Notes: a model not told the origin generated them from the letters alone. A DNA stretch of 64,000 nt from Ophelia neglecta (GCA_965285935.1 OZ260665.1:62062001-62126000); one strand, 5' to 3'. Counted from the stretch's first letter, positions 1 to 14,179 are shown. A program made the numbers and translations.

Positions 1-3000
1 GCATATCAGTGGTAGGGAATTAAGGTATTATGGTATGTTAGAATTTTGTTCTATTACTGCATGGCTATGACGCACATGTTTATTGAAACAACCAGCTGAA
101 CAAGAGTCCACATTTTTCTTTTGGCAATGCAAAACATATGTATGAATATCAGCCCTTTTACCGCGAAATGCGCTGATAAAAATCCAGCTCTTAAACATCT
201 ATGGCGACGACAATGTATCATCTATTGATAATAAAATTTTAATATCATCATCAGTTTTTTTTTCTGTTTGGTAGAACCGTCGATATTAGACGGATCCGAA
301 TACACGAAACGCACAATAAACATACACGCATCTGCAAAAATTGCTCGGAGACAAAACATGTAGCATCTCTATTTTTATTGTACAATCCAAACATTTTAGT
401 ACCAAGCGTACTTTGCCAACACAACACTGACGGGTCGTTAGATAGAGCCCAGTTTTATGTGAAAGTCGCTGCTTTGTTTTATCTAGTATTAAAGACCCAT
501 TTATAAGGCGGAAATCTAATTGACTGAATGAGATCATCAATAACACGATTTACATACTGAATGTTAGGTTCAAACACATTAGATATTGACAATTAAACAA
601 TGAGCCTCCGACGAGCTCTTGGAAATTGAGATCAGGTTATTTAGACAATATGGCCGCTCCGTGTTCAATATTGCGTTCGTGTAAACTTTTTTTTTTACAG
701 GAAGAGCCAAACCACTGTTTATGCAGCGGTCAACAGCATACCCTAAACATACACAAACTAGCAACCGGATAATTGGCAAATGTCGCTAGGTATACTATCG
801 GAAGGGTTTTTGATATCATATAAGTCGCAAACCATTAGGAATTGTTCTTATACTCGAGTTCCTATTTAGTCCGGGAAATGGACTGTGCCCTGGCAGTGGG
901 GGATGGAGAGGGCTATAACCAAATTATTAGCCGTCGGTGTGTCGTTCGTACATTGATTTATATAATATTATCTGATTCATTTATCACATTTCGATTCGCG
1001 TATCCTATGGTAAATTATGTTTACTGTAGGTAAGATATACACTCACTTTATATTAGCCGAGGAAATAAATAAATAATGACACCTTGTTCTCAGCCAAAGC
1101 AAGCTCTACCCGTCTATTCTGTTTATTGTATATGTTGGTGAAGACCATTTGAATGATTAGATGTAGCTAGCTACCTGGCGAATGCTTTATCTCTGATCTA
1201 TACCAAATTAAATTAACGCTTTTGTACTTGTACACTATGGAGTAGTTAGTTTGAAAAAGATCACACTGTACTAGTCTAGTAGCTTTCTCACACCTTTTTC
1301 GAAGCAAATCCCCTGAAGAAAACAAGATGTGGTACTTATCCAAGAGATGCAAGAAGACAAGTAGACCTAAGATTAATTTCTGACATTTACAAGTAGTGTC
1401 AATACTGTAATAAATGATAGCGTATGGGTCGAACATGTATTGCGTCCATTATAAAGTCTCCGTTCGTGTAAACTGAAATGACATTCGTTGGGAAATGAGA
1501 GTTGCAAGACAATTCTCGTAACTACTAGCGTAATACAGTGAGGGGAGAAACATATGCCGAGCTACATTTTTGCTATATGGCTAAATATCTCATTATCCCC
1601 TCCCGCTCCCCCCTAAGGAAAAGCTAAAAATGGATGATAAAAATTTTGAATTAAAGGATTGCAAATTTAACATAAAATCACATATCGTGTATATGCCTCT
1701 GCGCATACTGCTTTCCAAGTTCATCCTATAATTACTGGGATGCAGTATAGGTATCTCATATGTATTCACACCTTTTGGAAACACCATTTATATTGAAGTA
1801 GTGGTATTGTATACATCCATGCTCACTCCCAATACCCTCGTAGTTTAATGGCTTTGATGGGATTGTTTATTTTCATTCTATGGCTATGCTGAATGCCTGC
1901 CTTTAATTTTCAGAAATTTGGAAACACTAAAATGTTATATTCGACTACATGCGCACCTTCAACTATTTTTCTCAATATCACATTATCTCACTCATGGACA
2001 ATCATCATTTTCATCTTTAACTTTGTTACGAAAATCCCGTAGCGTCCCACAATTTGATAACTAACAATATTATTAGCGTGTACTCTTCCTGTAACACCCA
2101 CGATTGGACCCTTATATATTTACATACAGAAGGACCAGACCACTGATTGGCTAACAATTGGCATGGTTTACCCATATTATGTTACAGTAGAATGGACATA
2201 AGTCGAAATTTCGCCAGTGACGAATTTATCCGGCAACCCCTACACGAGATGCTTCGATAAATACCGACAAGCGATGTGTCAGCAGTTAAATATGCTTAGT
2301 ATTTTTTCTTTAGTTTAAATATAGACCAGTATTATTTGCAATTTGGCTGCGAGTGCATCCTACAACTGTTCAGCGTATTGTTCATACCCACACCTTTAAA
2401 TTTGTTTGCGGAAAAAAACCCTGAAAAGATATGATGTATGTTAAAGCTATAAAATGTGTAAACAACATGACTTAACTTATTTCAAGCCGCGATTTTTTTT
2501 TAGTTGAAGGCCATCTTTTTAGAGTCATTGCGCTGGATTATTCTTTTCTAACTTAGGTAGAGCAGGAACATCATTGTATGCCATTAGATGCCATGGCTAT
2601 TCAGTTTTTCTTAACTTAACTTTTAAGAAGCAAGTGTGCAATAAATAAGGTTTAGGGTCCGAAGAAAACCAAAAACAAACATTAAGTCCGTAGGTACAGT
2701 TTACTAGTACATAGAATCCCAGACACTGAAAACCTAGAGGAAACCGAGAACCCACTCACAAGTGATTCTAGAAAGTCGGTACCCACCATATGTAGTCCTG
2801 GATTATTAAAACAGAAGGGAGTGGATAACCGGCATTCAAAACAAAATCGGGAATTGTCAATTAAAATGGTCCAAAGTAGACTTTAAAAGGAAGAAATCGG
2901 GTAGGAACGCATTCGCTGTTTGGACCTTTTATTGAATTCTGATTCCTTGGTAACGAATGTCCCATTTTAGGGATATGCTACTCCTAATGCCTAAGCATGA

Positions 3001-3779
3001 GGGTCCACTGAGGCTCCAATCTAAGATGAGAAGTCCATGGAATAACATGCCATAAGTACCCTGAATCCGAACGACTCTTAACTCGTTTACGCCTTGATGG
3101 CCTTGTTAACAAAAACTAGAAACGTGGCTTTCAGAAAGAGCACAGTGCAGTGAAGGCTAAATGATTGTAAATTTAGCATATATCACCAAGGCCATGTGTA
3201 AGTCTGAGGAATTGTCTTTTCCATGTCCTCGATCGTGACAAATTCAGTATGAGATATGGTCATACCATTGTTCTAAACCAACTAATGGCACATGAAGTTT
3301 CTTTTGTCTGCACTCTTCAAGGTAATCCAACGTGCTTATTTATAAATATATAAATGAAAGGCTGTCTTTGAACAATCAATGTGATGTGTGTTATTGCTGG
3401 AAAGTATTAACATTATCTGCAACAAATGTCCATAAACCGACCTAAATCTGTCAATTATAATTATAAAAATTGACTTATCAATAGTAATTTTAAGGAGGTT
3501 TTTGGACGCCTTTTTCGGTGGTACATGCAAAATAGAGTCCAAATACATCGTATGAATATTGTTAAGAAGATATTTAAGACCATAAAACTGCGAATCGGGA
3601 AAACTTCGTCAACAAATTTCTTGCCTAACCCTTTTGATTAATGGTTAGCCTACTGTGATGATCACACGGTTTGGTTTTCGAGTTGTCTTTGGAATAACCA
3701 ATGGTTTCAAACATAGCAAAACGGTTTATTAAACATTTTGCAAGCAGTCTTTTTTGTCTTAATCGGCCATTGATAACAG

Positions 3780-3935
3780 CATGCCGTGCATTGAGTTTAT
3801 CGAACAACATAATGGCCATATCGTTGTAGCAACAGTTCCTCATCAACGGCCAGTGACACGCCCCCAAACACTGAGGCAGGGAGTTCTGCTCAATCAATGC
3901 AAAGGCCCATTGGGTCTCCGTGTCTATTGTTCAAG
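3780..3935 (-). pseudogene. Degenerate duplicate of the ECL3/TM7/helix-8 segment of the GPCR last exon
   Basis: 3823-3862 matches 5223-5262 at 33/40 nt ungapped, translating to ACHWPLMRNCCYN versus ACHWLAMSNCCYN. Gapped similarity continues on both sides (gagtttatcgaaca vs gagttcatccaaca; ctgctcaatc vs ctgccaaatc). Confidence 0.8.
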
Positions 3936-4067
3936 TGAATAAACGAAACGATTGAAGTTGTGAAACATTCCTAGATAAAAGGTACGATGACTTGGCTTTT
4001 ACAATGTTGAAGAACCTTGGAACAGAGAGGTGAATGAGAAACAGTTATCGAAATACCATACCGTGAC

Positions 4068-4073
4068 TTTATT
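4068..4073 (-). terminator. Candidate polyadenylation signal AATAAA of the GPCR (a proximal alternative lies at 4827-4832)
   Basis: tttatt on the + strand at the end of an AT-rich ~0.8-kb stretch downstream of the stop codon. Confidence 0.35.
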
Positions 4074-4886
4074 CACAATGCACATCAAGACAAAGTCAGG
4101 TTAAACAAGTTCTTTCTTAAACATTAATAAAAATATTTTTTTTTTAATATAAGCAGTTTCTGAACCAGAGCGTGTTTATAATAAATATGATAAATATGCT
4201 ATATATAGTTATTAATATGAAGAGTGTCGACTTACATTAAGTTAACGAGTTTAATACTGGAAAAAATACAACCCAGACAAAGTTAACACTACTATTTAGA
4301 ACACTCCAGCAATGAAATTGATTATTTAGCACATAACATATATTTTTTTAATATTCAGAGCTAGTTATGATAATTAATGTTTAAATTCATCGATAACCTG
4401 AAGTTATTCGACGTTTATGACAACCGATTTAACAACACTGGTAAACATTATTTTTAATGAATTCCATTCGATAATGTCACTAATGCAATAACTAGTATTC
4501 ACATACGATCCATATTTGACAGTACAATCTGGCATCTATGTTTTAGTTGAGAATTTCTTTCCAAAACAAAATAGTATATTTTAATTGGGGTCTTTATATC
4601 AAGAACCTCAACTGAACATCCAACGATAGTTACAACGGCTTTGGCAGATTAAGCCGAAACTTGCTTCGATATTTACATAAATCACTGAACAATGTAATAT
4701 TAATAGATAATACACGCGTTCAAATTTACATTTTTCAATCATTGATTAAAACGGACTCAATAATCTTCGCAATCATATCTAGTTGGTTGCCATGGGCCAT
4801 ACTTTCACCAGTAGCCTATTCATGATTTTATTGAATGTAAACCAATTCAAGCATCACGAGGGAATAACGCAGTGGGGTGTCATTAT

Positions 4887-5390
4887 TTAATCGCTATCGG
4901 GATCATGTACAGGTACATAACCTTTAGGGCACCGCAAGCCGTTAGAATGTCCGTTAGAAAAGTTGTGAAGTTGGATGCGCTCCTTGTTCATCGGGCCGGA
5001 TGGCGAGCTTCCGTTTCTGTGCGCTGAGTAGGGTGAGGTGGAAACACAACTTGAGCGCGTGCGCGTATCAGGTGCTGTGCGCACGGTACTAATATACGTG
5101 TGTATGCGTGTCATGTTATTTGGTCCGTACTCATCAGGCTGTGCCTTAATACACGGGCACCAACGCAGCACGTGTTTAAAGCCGTTGCGGAATTTGGAGT
5201 TCATCCAACAGTACACAATGGGGTTGTAACAACAGTTGCTCATCGCCAGCCAATGACATGCCGTCCAAACCACTTGGATGTAGCGAAACTGCCAAATCTC
5301 CTCGTGAGTATCGCCTACTATAGTTATAGTATGCAACGGCAGCCAGCAGAGGGCGTATATAATCACCACCGTTATCATCATCTTCACCAT
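4887..5390 (-). CDS. Luqin/RYamide-type GPCR, last coding exon (TM6, TM7, helix 8, C-tail; 167 aa + TAA)
   Basis: Acceptor tttctgtcatgttccag|ATG at 5391/5390. Encodes MVKMMITVVIIYALCWLPLH (CWxP), ACHWLAMSNCCYNPIVYCWMNSKFRNGF (NPxxY, helix 8) and WCPC (candidate palmitoylation). Joins the previous exon in frame as ...AASKRK|MVKMM... Confidence 0.93.
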   Translation of the reverse strand: MVKMMITVVIIYALCWLPLHTITIVGDTHEEIWQFRYIQVVWTACHWLAMSNCCYNPIVYCWMNSKFRNGFKHVLRWCPCIKAQPDEYGPNNMTRIHTYISTVRTAPDTRTRSSCVSTSPYSAHRNGSSPSGPMNKERIQLHNFSNGHSNGLRCPKGYVPVHDPDSD

Positions 5391-8300
5391 CTGGAACATG
5401 ACAGAAATATCACTCAGACTGCACAACTATACACACCGTTCTTTCATGGAAACAAATACAGCAATTCAATTAAGCGATTAATTGAAAAGGAAACACCACA
5501 CACATTGATAGTAAGGATCGTAGACAGCACACTTGAAAACCAAATCCACAACAAACTATGAACAAAAGAATGCAGTCCAGTTGACGTAGAAAGATGCTGG
5601 AACAAAGTCCACTTAGGCGTAGGAAATACATTCAGGTGTAGCTAGAAATAATAACATGGATAGAACTAGTAGGTATGAACAGCAACAAATGCACAAGAGG
5701 AGAAAAAAAAGACAAACACTGGTCACAACTGACGAGCAAAAAAACAAAACACAACTTATTATGGCAACGTCATTGAACACCTGAAGGGCCGCTTAGGCAA
5801 AAAAGAAAACCAAAAACCAAAGGCTAGGGCGGGAGGGGGGGGGGGATTAACCAAGAATATTCTGTAAAAGGTCATGCTTTAAGAATATCGTGAATGTCTA
5901 AACATATATGAGTTATTTAGTTGGGATATATTACTTTCATTTAAACTCGACCTTCACCGTAAAAACTATGATAAACATCTTAAATTTCAATTTCTCGAAT
6001 CGAATTCTAGCACTGCAACAAAAGCAATCCACACGCAATAATGAAAAAAAACTTTATTACAGCGGCACAATAGGGGTATCGTCTGTATGCGACAATGAAA
6101 CACAACCCCACAAGCAAGCAACTTAATATTGGTTACATACTTATGACTTAGCGTGTAAAATGAGAAAATAAAACATAGGATTTAAGTATTAACTATTAAC
6201 CTGAGGAGATAATCGTGAAAGGTCACAATGAACTATTCTTTTATTCCTTAGAATTAATAATGTTGAAACAAGTTAATATTATGCGGGTCCTTCTTTTTTC
6301 GTTGGTAGTCGATAGTGTGGTTAATATAAACAAAATAGGGTGTGCTCGGTTTGCTCGATCTGTGGATACTATTTGAAACATTCCTGCTTTAGGGTAAAAG
6401 ACGATGCAGCGCTTCACTGACTATGATCACAGAACACAAACTTGCCTCCAGATATAATTGTCAATATATAAGGCTTGATGCCCAAATAGGTAGTGCACCT
6501 GCATGTTGATGCTATCATAGTTAAAAAATAAATTTTGTTTATAGACGCATAACCCCCCCCCCCCCCAACCCCACCATGTTTGTCGGATGGTTTCCACAGT
6601 CCTGACAGTCACAATCTGCCAAGTCGATACCTTTGAGGGCTATAGACTGCCCAAGCAGTTCTGGGCTCTGGCTGCTAAAATAAAGGCTAATATATTTATT
6701 TGAGGGAATTGACTTTGAAAATGTACACCAAAGATCAAGTCTTAGAACTCGCTATAATGCGAAAAGTTTTTTTTTATAGGATTAACATATAATTTAAGGC
6801 TCTAAGACTTTATTTATTTGACTTTGTCAAATAGGTGCATGTCCACTCTGATAATATCATCAGAATATATCACTTCCTGTAGCCCACAATATATTTTAAA
6901 AGCCTAGCTGCTGAAATAAAAAACTGAAATAAAAAAGGTCACATAAGTCGTTAAGAGTTGCTTTTCTTTGTTTGGTACTGATATGGTAACTTAATGTATT
7001 CAGATTTACAACAAAAGTTAAGTAGTTCATGAGAAGCAGCTCACAGCCGTAAACCCTCTTGCACTATCGCGCTTACAATTCACACTACCCTGCTCTGTCA
7101 AACGGCAGTAAGCGAAAAAACACAATTGGTTTTCATTTTCCTAACCAGGATGCAGGGAATTTCCGGGAATAAAATTCCCCCCCCCCCCCATGCCATTTTC
7201 AAATTGCTAAACAGCAGTAACTAGCCAAAATAATAGTAGAACTAATCTAGCAAACAGCACTAACGCCTTTTATTGCAGCCGGCCAGCGGTATTTTCCGAA
7301 TTGCTGGCCTTTGTTATTGTTTTAACTTATGTTACTGCCTTTTGCAAGAGTAAAATATAGTTTTGGTGTTGTGTGCGATTGTTAATACCTATAGGACTCC
7401 CGCCTTTACCACCGTGTATATATTTTTCAAAATTGCTGCTTTTGCCATTGCACAATTTATATCACTTCCTCACTTCTGAATGGCAGCAGTTTCCCCATTT
7501 TTCCGAATGAGGTGTTTGCGCGGGTGAGAGGGGGGGGGGGGGCAACAAAGGGGGATAATGCTCCCTTATCAAGGATCTATTATTTATCAATTTGCTCTGA
7601 TACGAATGAATTCAAACCAAGAGTCAATAACGTCCTCTCCCTATTGGCCTGATAATGCTGACTAGTCTCGCTTGAAAACAAATGATTGACGCGCCGTTTA
7701 AACCTCCGAAATGAGAAGCACACGACTGGGTTATTCGGGCACATTCGCGGTTACTCGGGCTTGTCCATTGGCTGAACCATAATTAAATATGGATTTCCGG
7801 GTGTGCATAAAACGACTGGGCGGAAAATTTGCTCCGAACAAGAAATTTGATTTCGTGGAAAAAAAGCAAGTGGTTTTAATTTAATCATATTTCGGCAAAT
7901 TAAGACCGTATAGTTACTCTCCTTAGTAAGAAAAAACCTTAACCACTGTCAGCAGGATAGGTCAGCACGGATCTGGCGAAACAAATTTATTAAGGATTCA
8001 TGATTAAACAGGTATGGCCTGAATCCAAATCACTACAACATCACCCTCAATCCCGCATTTAGGTCTAGGTTTAGTTGGCAGTCGAGGGCTCAATACCATT
8101 AAACATAGCACACAGTGATTCAAATACAGGCATTAAATGCATACATCATTCCATACCACTGAGCAGCAGCAGAGATTGGAGACTCCAAATAAAGATCAAA
8201 TCACGTCTGGTCCGCTTATTTAAAATCCATTTATGGTCCAATGCAGTAAAAAGTGATTGGTAAACTTTTTTTATTCACAATCACCCATCCTGAGCATCAT

Positions 8301-10222
8301 TCAATGACGTCTGCTTCGAATTAATTCATATCATTGGTAATTCTAGTTCATGCCCCAATATTCATTTTATAGTCAACGCCGCCAGACAGCTTTACAAACA
8401 ACACTAAATGAAATCAAACATGTATTTCCTCTCTTATGTTTTCTAGGCGAAAACTATCACCAAACCATACATCCTTTGCAAGGATAGTCACGGGGTTGAC
8501 AAGAGACGCTTACTCTGCTATAGTTCAGTTCATAAACGCTGACATAATTGCATCGTGATATATGTTATGGCATATTCAAGTCGTATTGTTATAAACTAGC
8601 CCATATATACTGCATCCAAAGGGAATTAAAATCAAACTAACAGTCATGGTTTTAAATGTTTAAATACATATCATTATGCATAAGAGACGAACCGTAACAT
8701 TTTATTCAATACACACGAACACTTAATACTTTTTTATGTCATCTAAATGACACCATATAAAATCTAATTCCGCGACTGAGGCCTTCAACTCGTCCTGAAT
8801 ATTGAGGAAACATAGGCAAGGTATACTGCCGTGAAGCAAATAAAGTGTAGGTAAACGATATGAGTTATGTTGAGATATACGCCCGCAACTCGCTTTAATC
8901 ATACACAAGTAAAAAAGAGCGATTAATTACTGAAGTTATATCCTAAAAGGGAATGAAATGTCAAAGAATTTTCTTTATTCTTTTTATTTTACACAGACTA
9001 GCTTCATGTAAACTTGAAAAAGAAAATTGGCCCCACCAGGGCATTATTGCAATATTGCTTTATGCATTATGTTATTACTCTCTTCAGAATCAGGGAGATT
9101 ACTATTAACATTAAAAATGTCCAGGAAGTGTGCAACAGTAATACATGTCATACTGCAGTGGCTGTTATGCAAAAAGACGAAATCCACTTTCAATTTCAAA
9201 TCTGCCTGACCTACGTATCTTTACAACTACCTTACAGTGCTGGGTATGAGTTGTTATGATGGAACTTTCGTATTGGAAATAAATCTCGGATCAATCTTAA
9301 TAATAAGCCAACTAAAGCACCTTGTTTGTGGGATTCCTCTGTGTATTTATAACCACCACCTAATCCGATATTGCATTTGGTATCACATGGCGACTGAGTC
9401 AGAACATAATGGAGCATGTCATTTTTCTCATCTCTCATCTGCGCCATGGCGTACACTGGGGTAAAGTTAATGGTGCTATGGCTCTCACGGTGTTGTATAC
9501 ACAAGGGAGGGCACTCTCCTGTGGGTTAATGCAATGATCCTAAAAATGAATGATGTGACCGATGTTCGATAGCAATAGGGCGTTAACAATTGTGATAGGA
9601 AGGACGGATAAACCGACTGTGGAAGTTGGATCGGTATCCCCGAACTGGAGCTGTACTCCTAAATTGTTCCTAAACTTAAGGAAGAGGGCCATCGCACGGA
9701 AACAAGACCCTAGATCTGTTCATTCTGTATAGATCCGTCCCAACAAATACAAGGCCTACCCCCCGAGTCGGAAGCTACATTGTCCACCAGAAAGAATTGG
9801 CGTGGAAAAAGTATACTAAACAATCCGACATAGTAACAAGAGCACTTATAACCTATTCATAACTAACCTGAAGTCTCCAGTAAAAAAGAAAATGAAATTT
9901 TATTGTATATTCATTGCTCTAAGAGACTCGGGACATGATTCATTTGGATATCGTCACAAATACACGCTCGATTATCAAGGTTTCCCTGAGGTTTCTAATT
10001 TAAACAAAACAATTTGAAATATTTAATGGCTTAAGGAATAAGTATTTAATCATGTAGTTTAAATATGGCACAAGGCGTGAAAAACCATAAGTACGGTTAT
10101 AATCACTTTGCACTTGTAATAAAAGCGGGGTGCTTAATTTGAAAATTTGTATTTTTTTTAAATATTTAAATCTTTATTGGTCACGGAATAAACTGTCAAT
10201 ATCTTTACTTCCCTAGCTTGGG

Positions 10223-10688
10223 TGTAACGTGCATTTAGAAATCCTCGGAGCGGACAGAATTGCTCCTTAACGGATGGTGATGAAAGAGTAGTCTCATTTG
10301 ATCCCTGATTGGTTTAAGGCTGGTGGACTTACGCTGGGTGTCGCCAAAGGAACTGAACACATCAACTGATCACTAGGAAAACTAGCCAATGAGACACATC
10401 ATGAATCAAACACAGCTTTAATGGCGAATCGAGTATCCTTTGCGATCGATATGGGCCCTTAGATATTTGATCAGGAAATAAAATTGAGTATAAAGAGCCT
10501 CTTCTTACAGGCTGAAGACCACGGAAGTAGGCCAAGAGAGCCTTTCAGAGCCTTTGAGTCTTTACATGCTTGTTTTCATAAATTTAGTGTTTGTTCTTTG
10601 AACAGATACCCTGAATTGGCCCATTTGTGCCCTGCTGGCGACATTTGAGTGATTGGTGTCATTTTAATCCCAGGTTCCTACGTGACCA
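10223..10688 (+). mobile_element. Possible solo LTR (Gypsy-like) in the GPCR intron
   Basis: Starts TGTAACGT and ends ACGTGACCA (imperfect TG...CA inverted termini). Contains CCAAT/ATTGG boxes and then a TATA-like gtataaaga near 10488. No TSD recognised. Confidence 0.35.
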
Positions 10689-11859
10689 TTTTATTTCGTC
10701 GTAAAATGGAAATAGGTCTTCGTCGCCTGACACCATGGCAACGGAATTATGTACTTTTTACCTAAAATCATATTTTTTGGTAGTATATTGTATATAAAAT
10801 AATCATTAATAGTACCATTTTTTTCCGCAAAAAAATATTCCAACCATATATCGTGATAAACAGAATTAAAAGAGATTTGTACGACTTATTATAATAACAG
10901 GATAATTATTTGGACCACAGCAAATGGTTTAAATGAAAGATCTCCTTTGTTACATTTCCTCAAAATATGGCGGTACTACAATAAATTCATAGACATTTGG
11001 GGCAGATGGAGGTGGGAGTGTCATTTGCACTTTCCCCTAGAACTGTATATAGGGAACGCGTTTCCTATGTAATGGCTAATAGTGTGAATCGAAATAATGC
11101 TGAAATACGTGGTCACGTAATGTAGGGGAGTTGGGAGGCTTTTCGACCATTATATTCATGAACTTCTTTAAAATTTTGATATACATATAAAGCCAATAAA
11201 GTGCTCCCACCGACATCTGTCCGGTAGATTATCAAAGTGATATTTATGTAATCATTTTGACATTTGTACGAGATTGTCTGTCAGTTCCAATAAACTGTCA
11301 ACCAAGGCGGATATTAAAATCAACTTTTGAAGCATTTCGTGTTAAATTGACACGAAAAACAGACATATCAGCGACGAAGAAGGATATTAATTTTCGAAGA
11401 AATTTATTCCAGTTTCATGCCGGAGATTACTAGAGGTACCGAAGTAAATTGGATCAAAGTTCATTTTTACATTTTGTAATTTGGACCAAGAATCCAGTGC
11501 GAGCGTAAACAGGGAGAGAAGTCGCGCATTAACCTAAACTATTATCACTTCATCTGTGTTTCTGTTGGGCGCAGGCTGGACAGGTACGAATGTTCAATAT
11601 GGTATATTAAACCCTTGTTGTCTCACAGGAAATTGTATCCTCAACGTATATTTTTGTTCACTTTCAGGTACAGCTTTATCGGACGATGTACTTATATTTT
11701 ACTGGGAAGACACGCGATAATTTATTTACGGCTCTATATTAAGAAGGTTGCGGGTATATGAACAACATACATGTAGTTTATTCGCTAATATTACACAGTA
11801 AACACCCTATCCTGCTCCACATTAAGAAATATATAGCTAGCTTTCTCCATTTCAAACAG

Positions 11860-11998
11860 AGCACGGAAAACGATCTAAACCTAAGGAGGTTTACATAGCA
11901 TGGAAATCTAAAAACTCAAGCTGTAAATAAGGGACGGAAACCGATCTAAACTGAAAGCTGTAAACAAACACGGAAAACGATCTAATCTTCAAGCTGTT
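11860..11998. repeat. Degenerate ~35-bp minisatellite, about 4 copies
   Basis: Recurring acggaaa(a/c)cgatctaa...aagctgt(a/t)aa. Confidence 0.75.
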
Positions 11999-12439
11999 AA
12001 TTCTTACTTTAACTATTCATGATACATTCATTCCGAAAAACAAGACATTTTCGTGTACAAACAATATCGCGATAGTCAGGGTAATCTGCCGTCTGCGATT
12101 TCCATAGGTTACCTTACTTGTTTGGCAATAATTATCTTTAAAGTTGATTTTTGGTTTCTTGTACCATTTGCAGCAATGTGGTGCAATTACATCAATTTGT
12201 CATTAGTATAACAAAGTTAATGTCGGGAAGGGAAAGTTTACAATAATGCAAGCGGAAACACAGCGGAAATAGAACGAGGCTGCAAATCATGATGACTTGC
12301 TTTCCCGGTTATATATGGAGAAAATCCAATAAACTTCGGTTTGATGGCTTTTTAATGCCTCACGACAAGCTCATTATATGGTGATACGAACAATGCTTCT
12401 TTGAAGTTAAGCCTTTGTGAAGGGAAATGATATGGGGCG

Positions 12440-13060
12440 AAAAAATAAAGAAAAAAGGCAACAAAGAGGTATGGAGTAAAGTAATCAAACATAAGGATAA
12501 AAGGGCAGCCGTTCCTCAAAATAATAATCACTTCCAAGCTAGGCCGAGTATGATAGAGATTGTTCCCAAAAGAGGCGGATCTATCACAAGTTTCAGGCGA
12601 CATTTGCTCTCGGGCCAACCTCTTGCAGTTGGACAACTTGTGTACATAAGTGGGTCTTCAGCCCCCACCTTGACCATTCGCATCACAGGAAAAACTGGTA
12701 TCATTGATTTATCGAAAGAAAACATAGTTCCCATTGCCTCCTTACAGACAAATGGTTATCAGTGCTGTTCTTGACCAGATAGTCCATATTGCTTGGTCAC
12801 TTTCAATTAACCGGAGTGACACAAGGCACGTCACGGAGTTCTACAGGCAGTCGTGTGCGCTCTTATGGGCTTCATTTTTTGCCACGATTAAGTGTGCGGA
12901 AATGAAGGTAGAGTGGCTGACAAACCTATGGTTTGTCAATATGCTTTCACGAAAAGGCTAACGTGTCGCCATTCGAAATTGTGGTGTATTCAACCCTCTT
13001 GCCAAACGTATTGGTGAGGAACGCGTTTGGCTAGCACGTAGAAAAACGCGGTAGCCTTGA
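12440..13060 (-). mobile_element. Degraded piggyBac-family transposase relic
   Basis: Ordered motifs across frameshifts on the minus strand: NHRF...YLHF (cf. RxRF...LHF), SFDKSMIP (cf. SIDESMIP), RWGLK (cf. KWGxK), GLAW.VI (cf. GLAYxVV) and LMFD-YFT-PYLF (cf. LYxDNYFTSPxLF). Confidence 0.55.
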
Positions 13061-14179
13061 ATCTGATAATGTTTGATGAAATGCAAGAGCTTTGTACATG
13101 TATAGAACTTGCTTATCTTTTCAGAACTGATCCTATGCATGGTCCTTAAAGTGTGCATGTGGGACTATTAAAGGGGTTGAACCACCGTGACCCGTTCTTA
13201 CCGTGTTTCTCGATATAATCATGTAATGATATGCCTTACAACTTACACCTGTTAATCTGATATAAACTAACACGTTATATCCTGTTAGAGGAACACAAAG
13301 TTCTAGCAGGCCATTACTCATATTACTTACGTATCTATTTTGGGTTATCATTAACGTAACGTGTCAAACTTCGAAAACAAAGCCGTGCTTTAAATTTTCT
13401 TTGGAAGTGTAAAAAAAATTAGTTCGGAGGCGAACGTAGCGGTCGTTGATTGTCGTTTGTTGTTTCTTGACATAACTGTCCAAACTTTTGCAAATCATAA
13501 GCTCCTTAAAAAAAATCAAATAGTTTTTGAAAAAAAGGAGATAGTTTTGATCACAAACAAGGCTTTCGTTGTTAGAATCATTTTTTTATTCCTGTCAGGT
13601 ATAACTTGTTAAGGTGGGTAGCCCCTGGGACCCTGCATCCTGTATGGGATGTTAAAATAACATTTTCTGTGGTGCATGGGCTGCATCCTTCCTCTCATAT
13701 GCCCATAACGGAGTTATGACTGCCTTGCACGACAGAGGAGACTTCCTGTAGGTTATGAGCCAATGCGCGGCCTGTGGCATCTGACTGATTACACGCCACT
13801 TAGCTGAATATACATCTCATAAGATAAACACAGCCCGCTGAGCGGTGATTTGTCTACGAGGTCGCAATAGCATGACTATCTTAATTAAGACCCCACACAA
13901 CCGCTCCGTTTACCGGTACATTTACATTTAATCCCTAATAAGGGGGAAAGTGTGCTCCGAGACTGGAGTTTGATAGACAGCGACTTTTGGGACTTATGAT
14001 AATTATGATGTTATATTCCAAACAGCATGTTTCTTGCTGAACAGGAATGGTCATGAATCTTAAATATCTCTAGTAGATCATACAAAGTCAGCAAAAGGAA
14101 CTCGAATTTCCAGGATCACATTCCTACAAGATGATAGCCTGACATCCGACCTTCATATTTGCCATGTCTTCAAGTAAAT

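Noticed and set aside
5038-5561. Plus-strand ORFs of 63 and 153 aa overlapping the last exon (likewise 15898-16110 and 16393-16584)
   Set aside because: Antisense shadows of the GPCR coding sequence with no recognisable motifs.
7990-8370. Possible Gypsy integrase C-terminal relic on the minus strand (ILGHELELPM; W..PY-like)
   Set aside because: Only one or two weak motifs, which is not enough to call.
13610-13740. SINE-like segment (ccctg...tgggatgttaaa)
   Set aside because: No recognisable pol III A/B boxes, tail or TSD.
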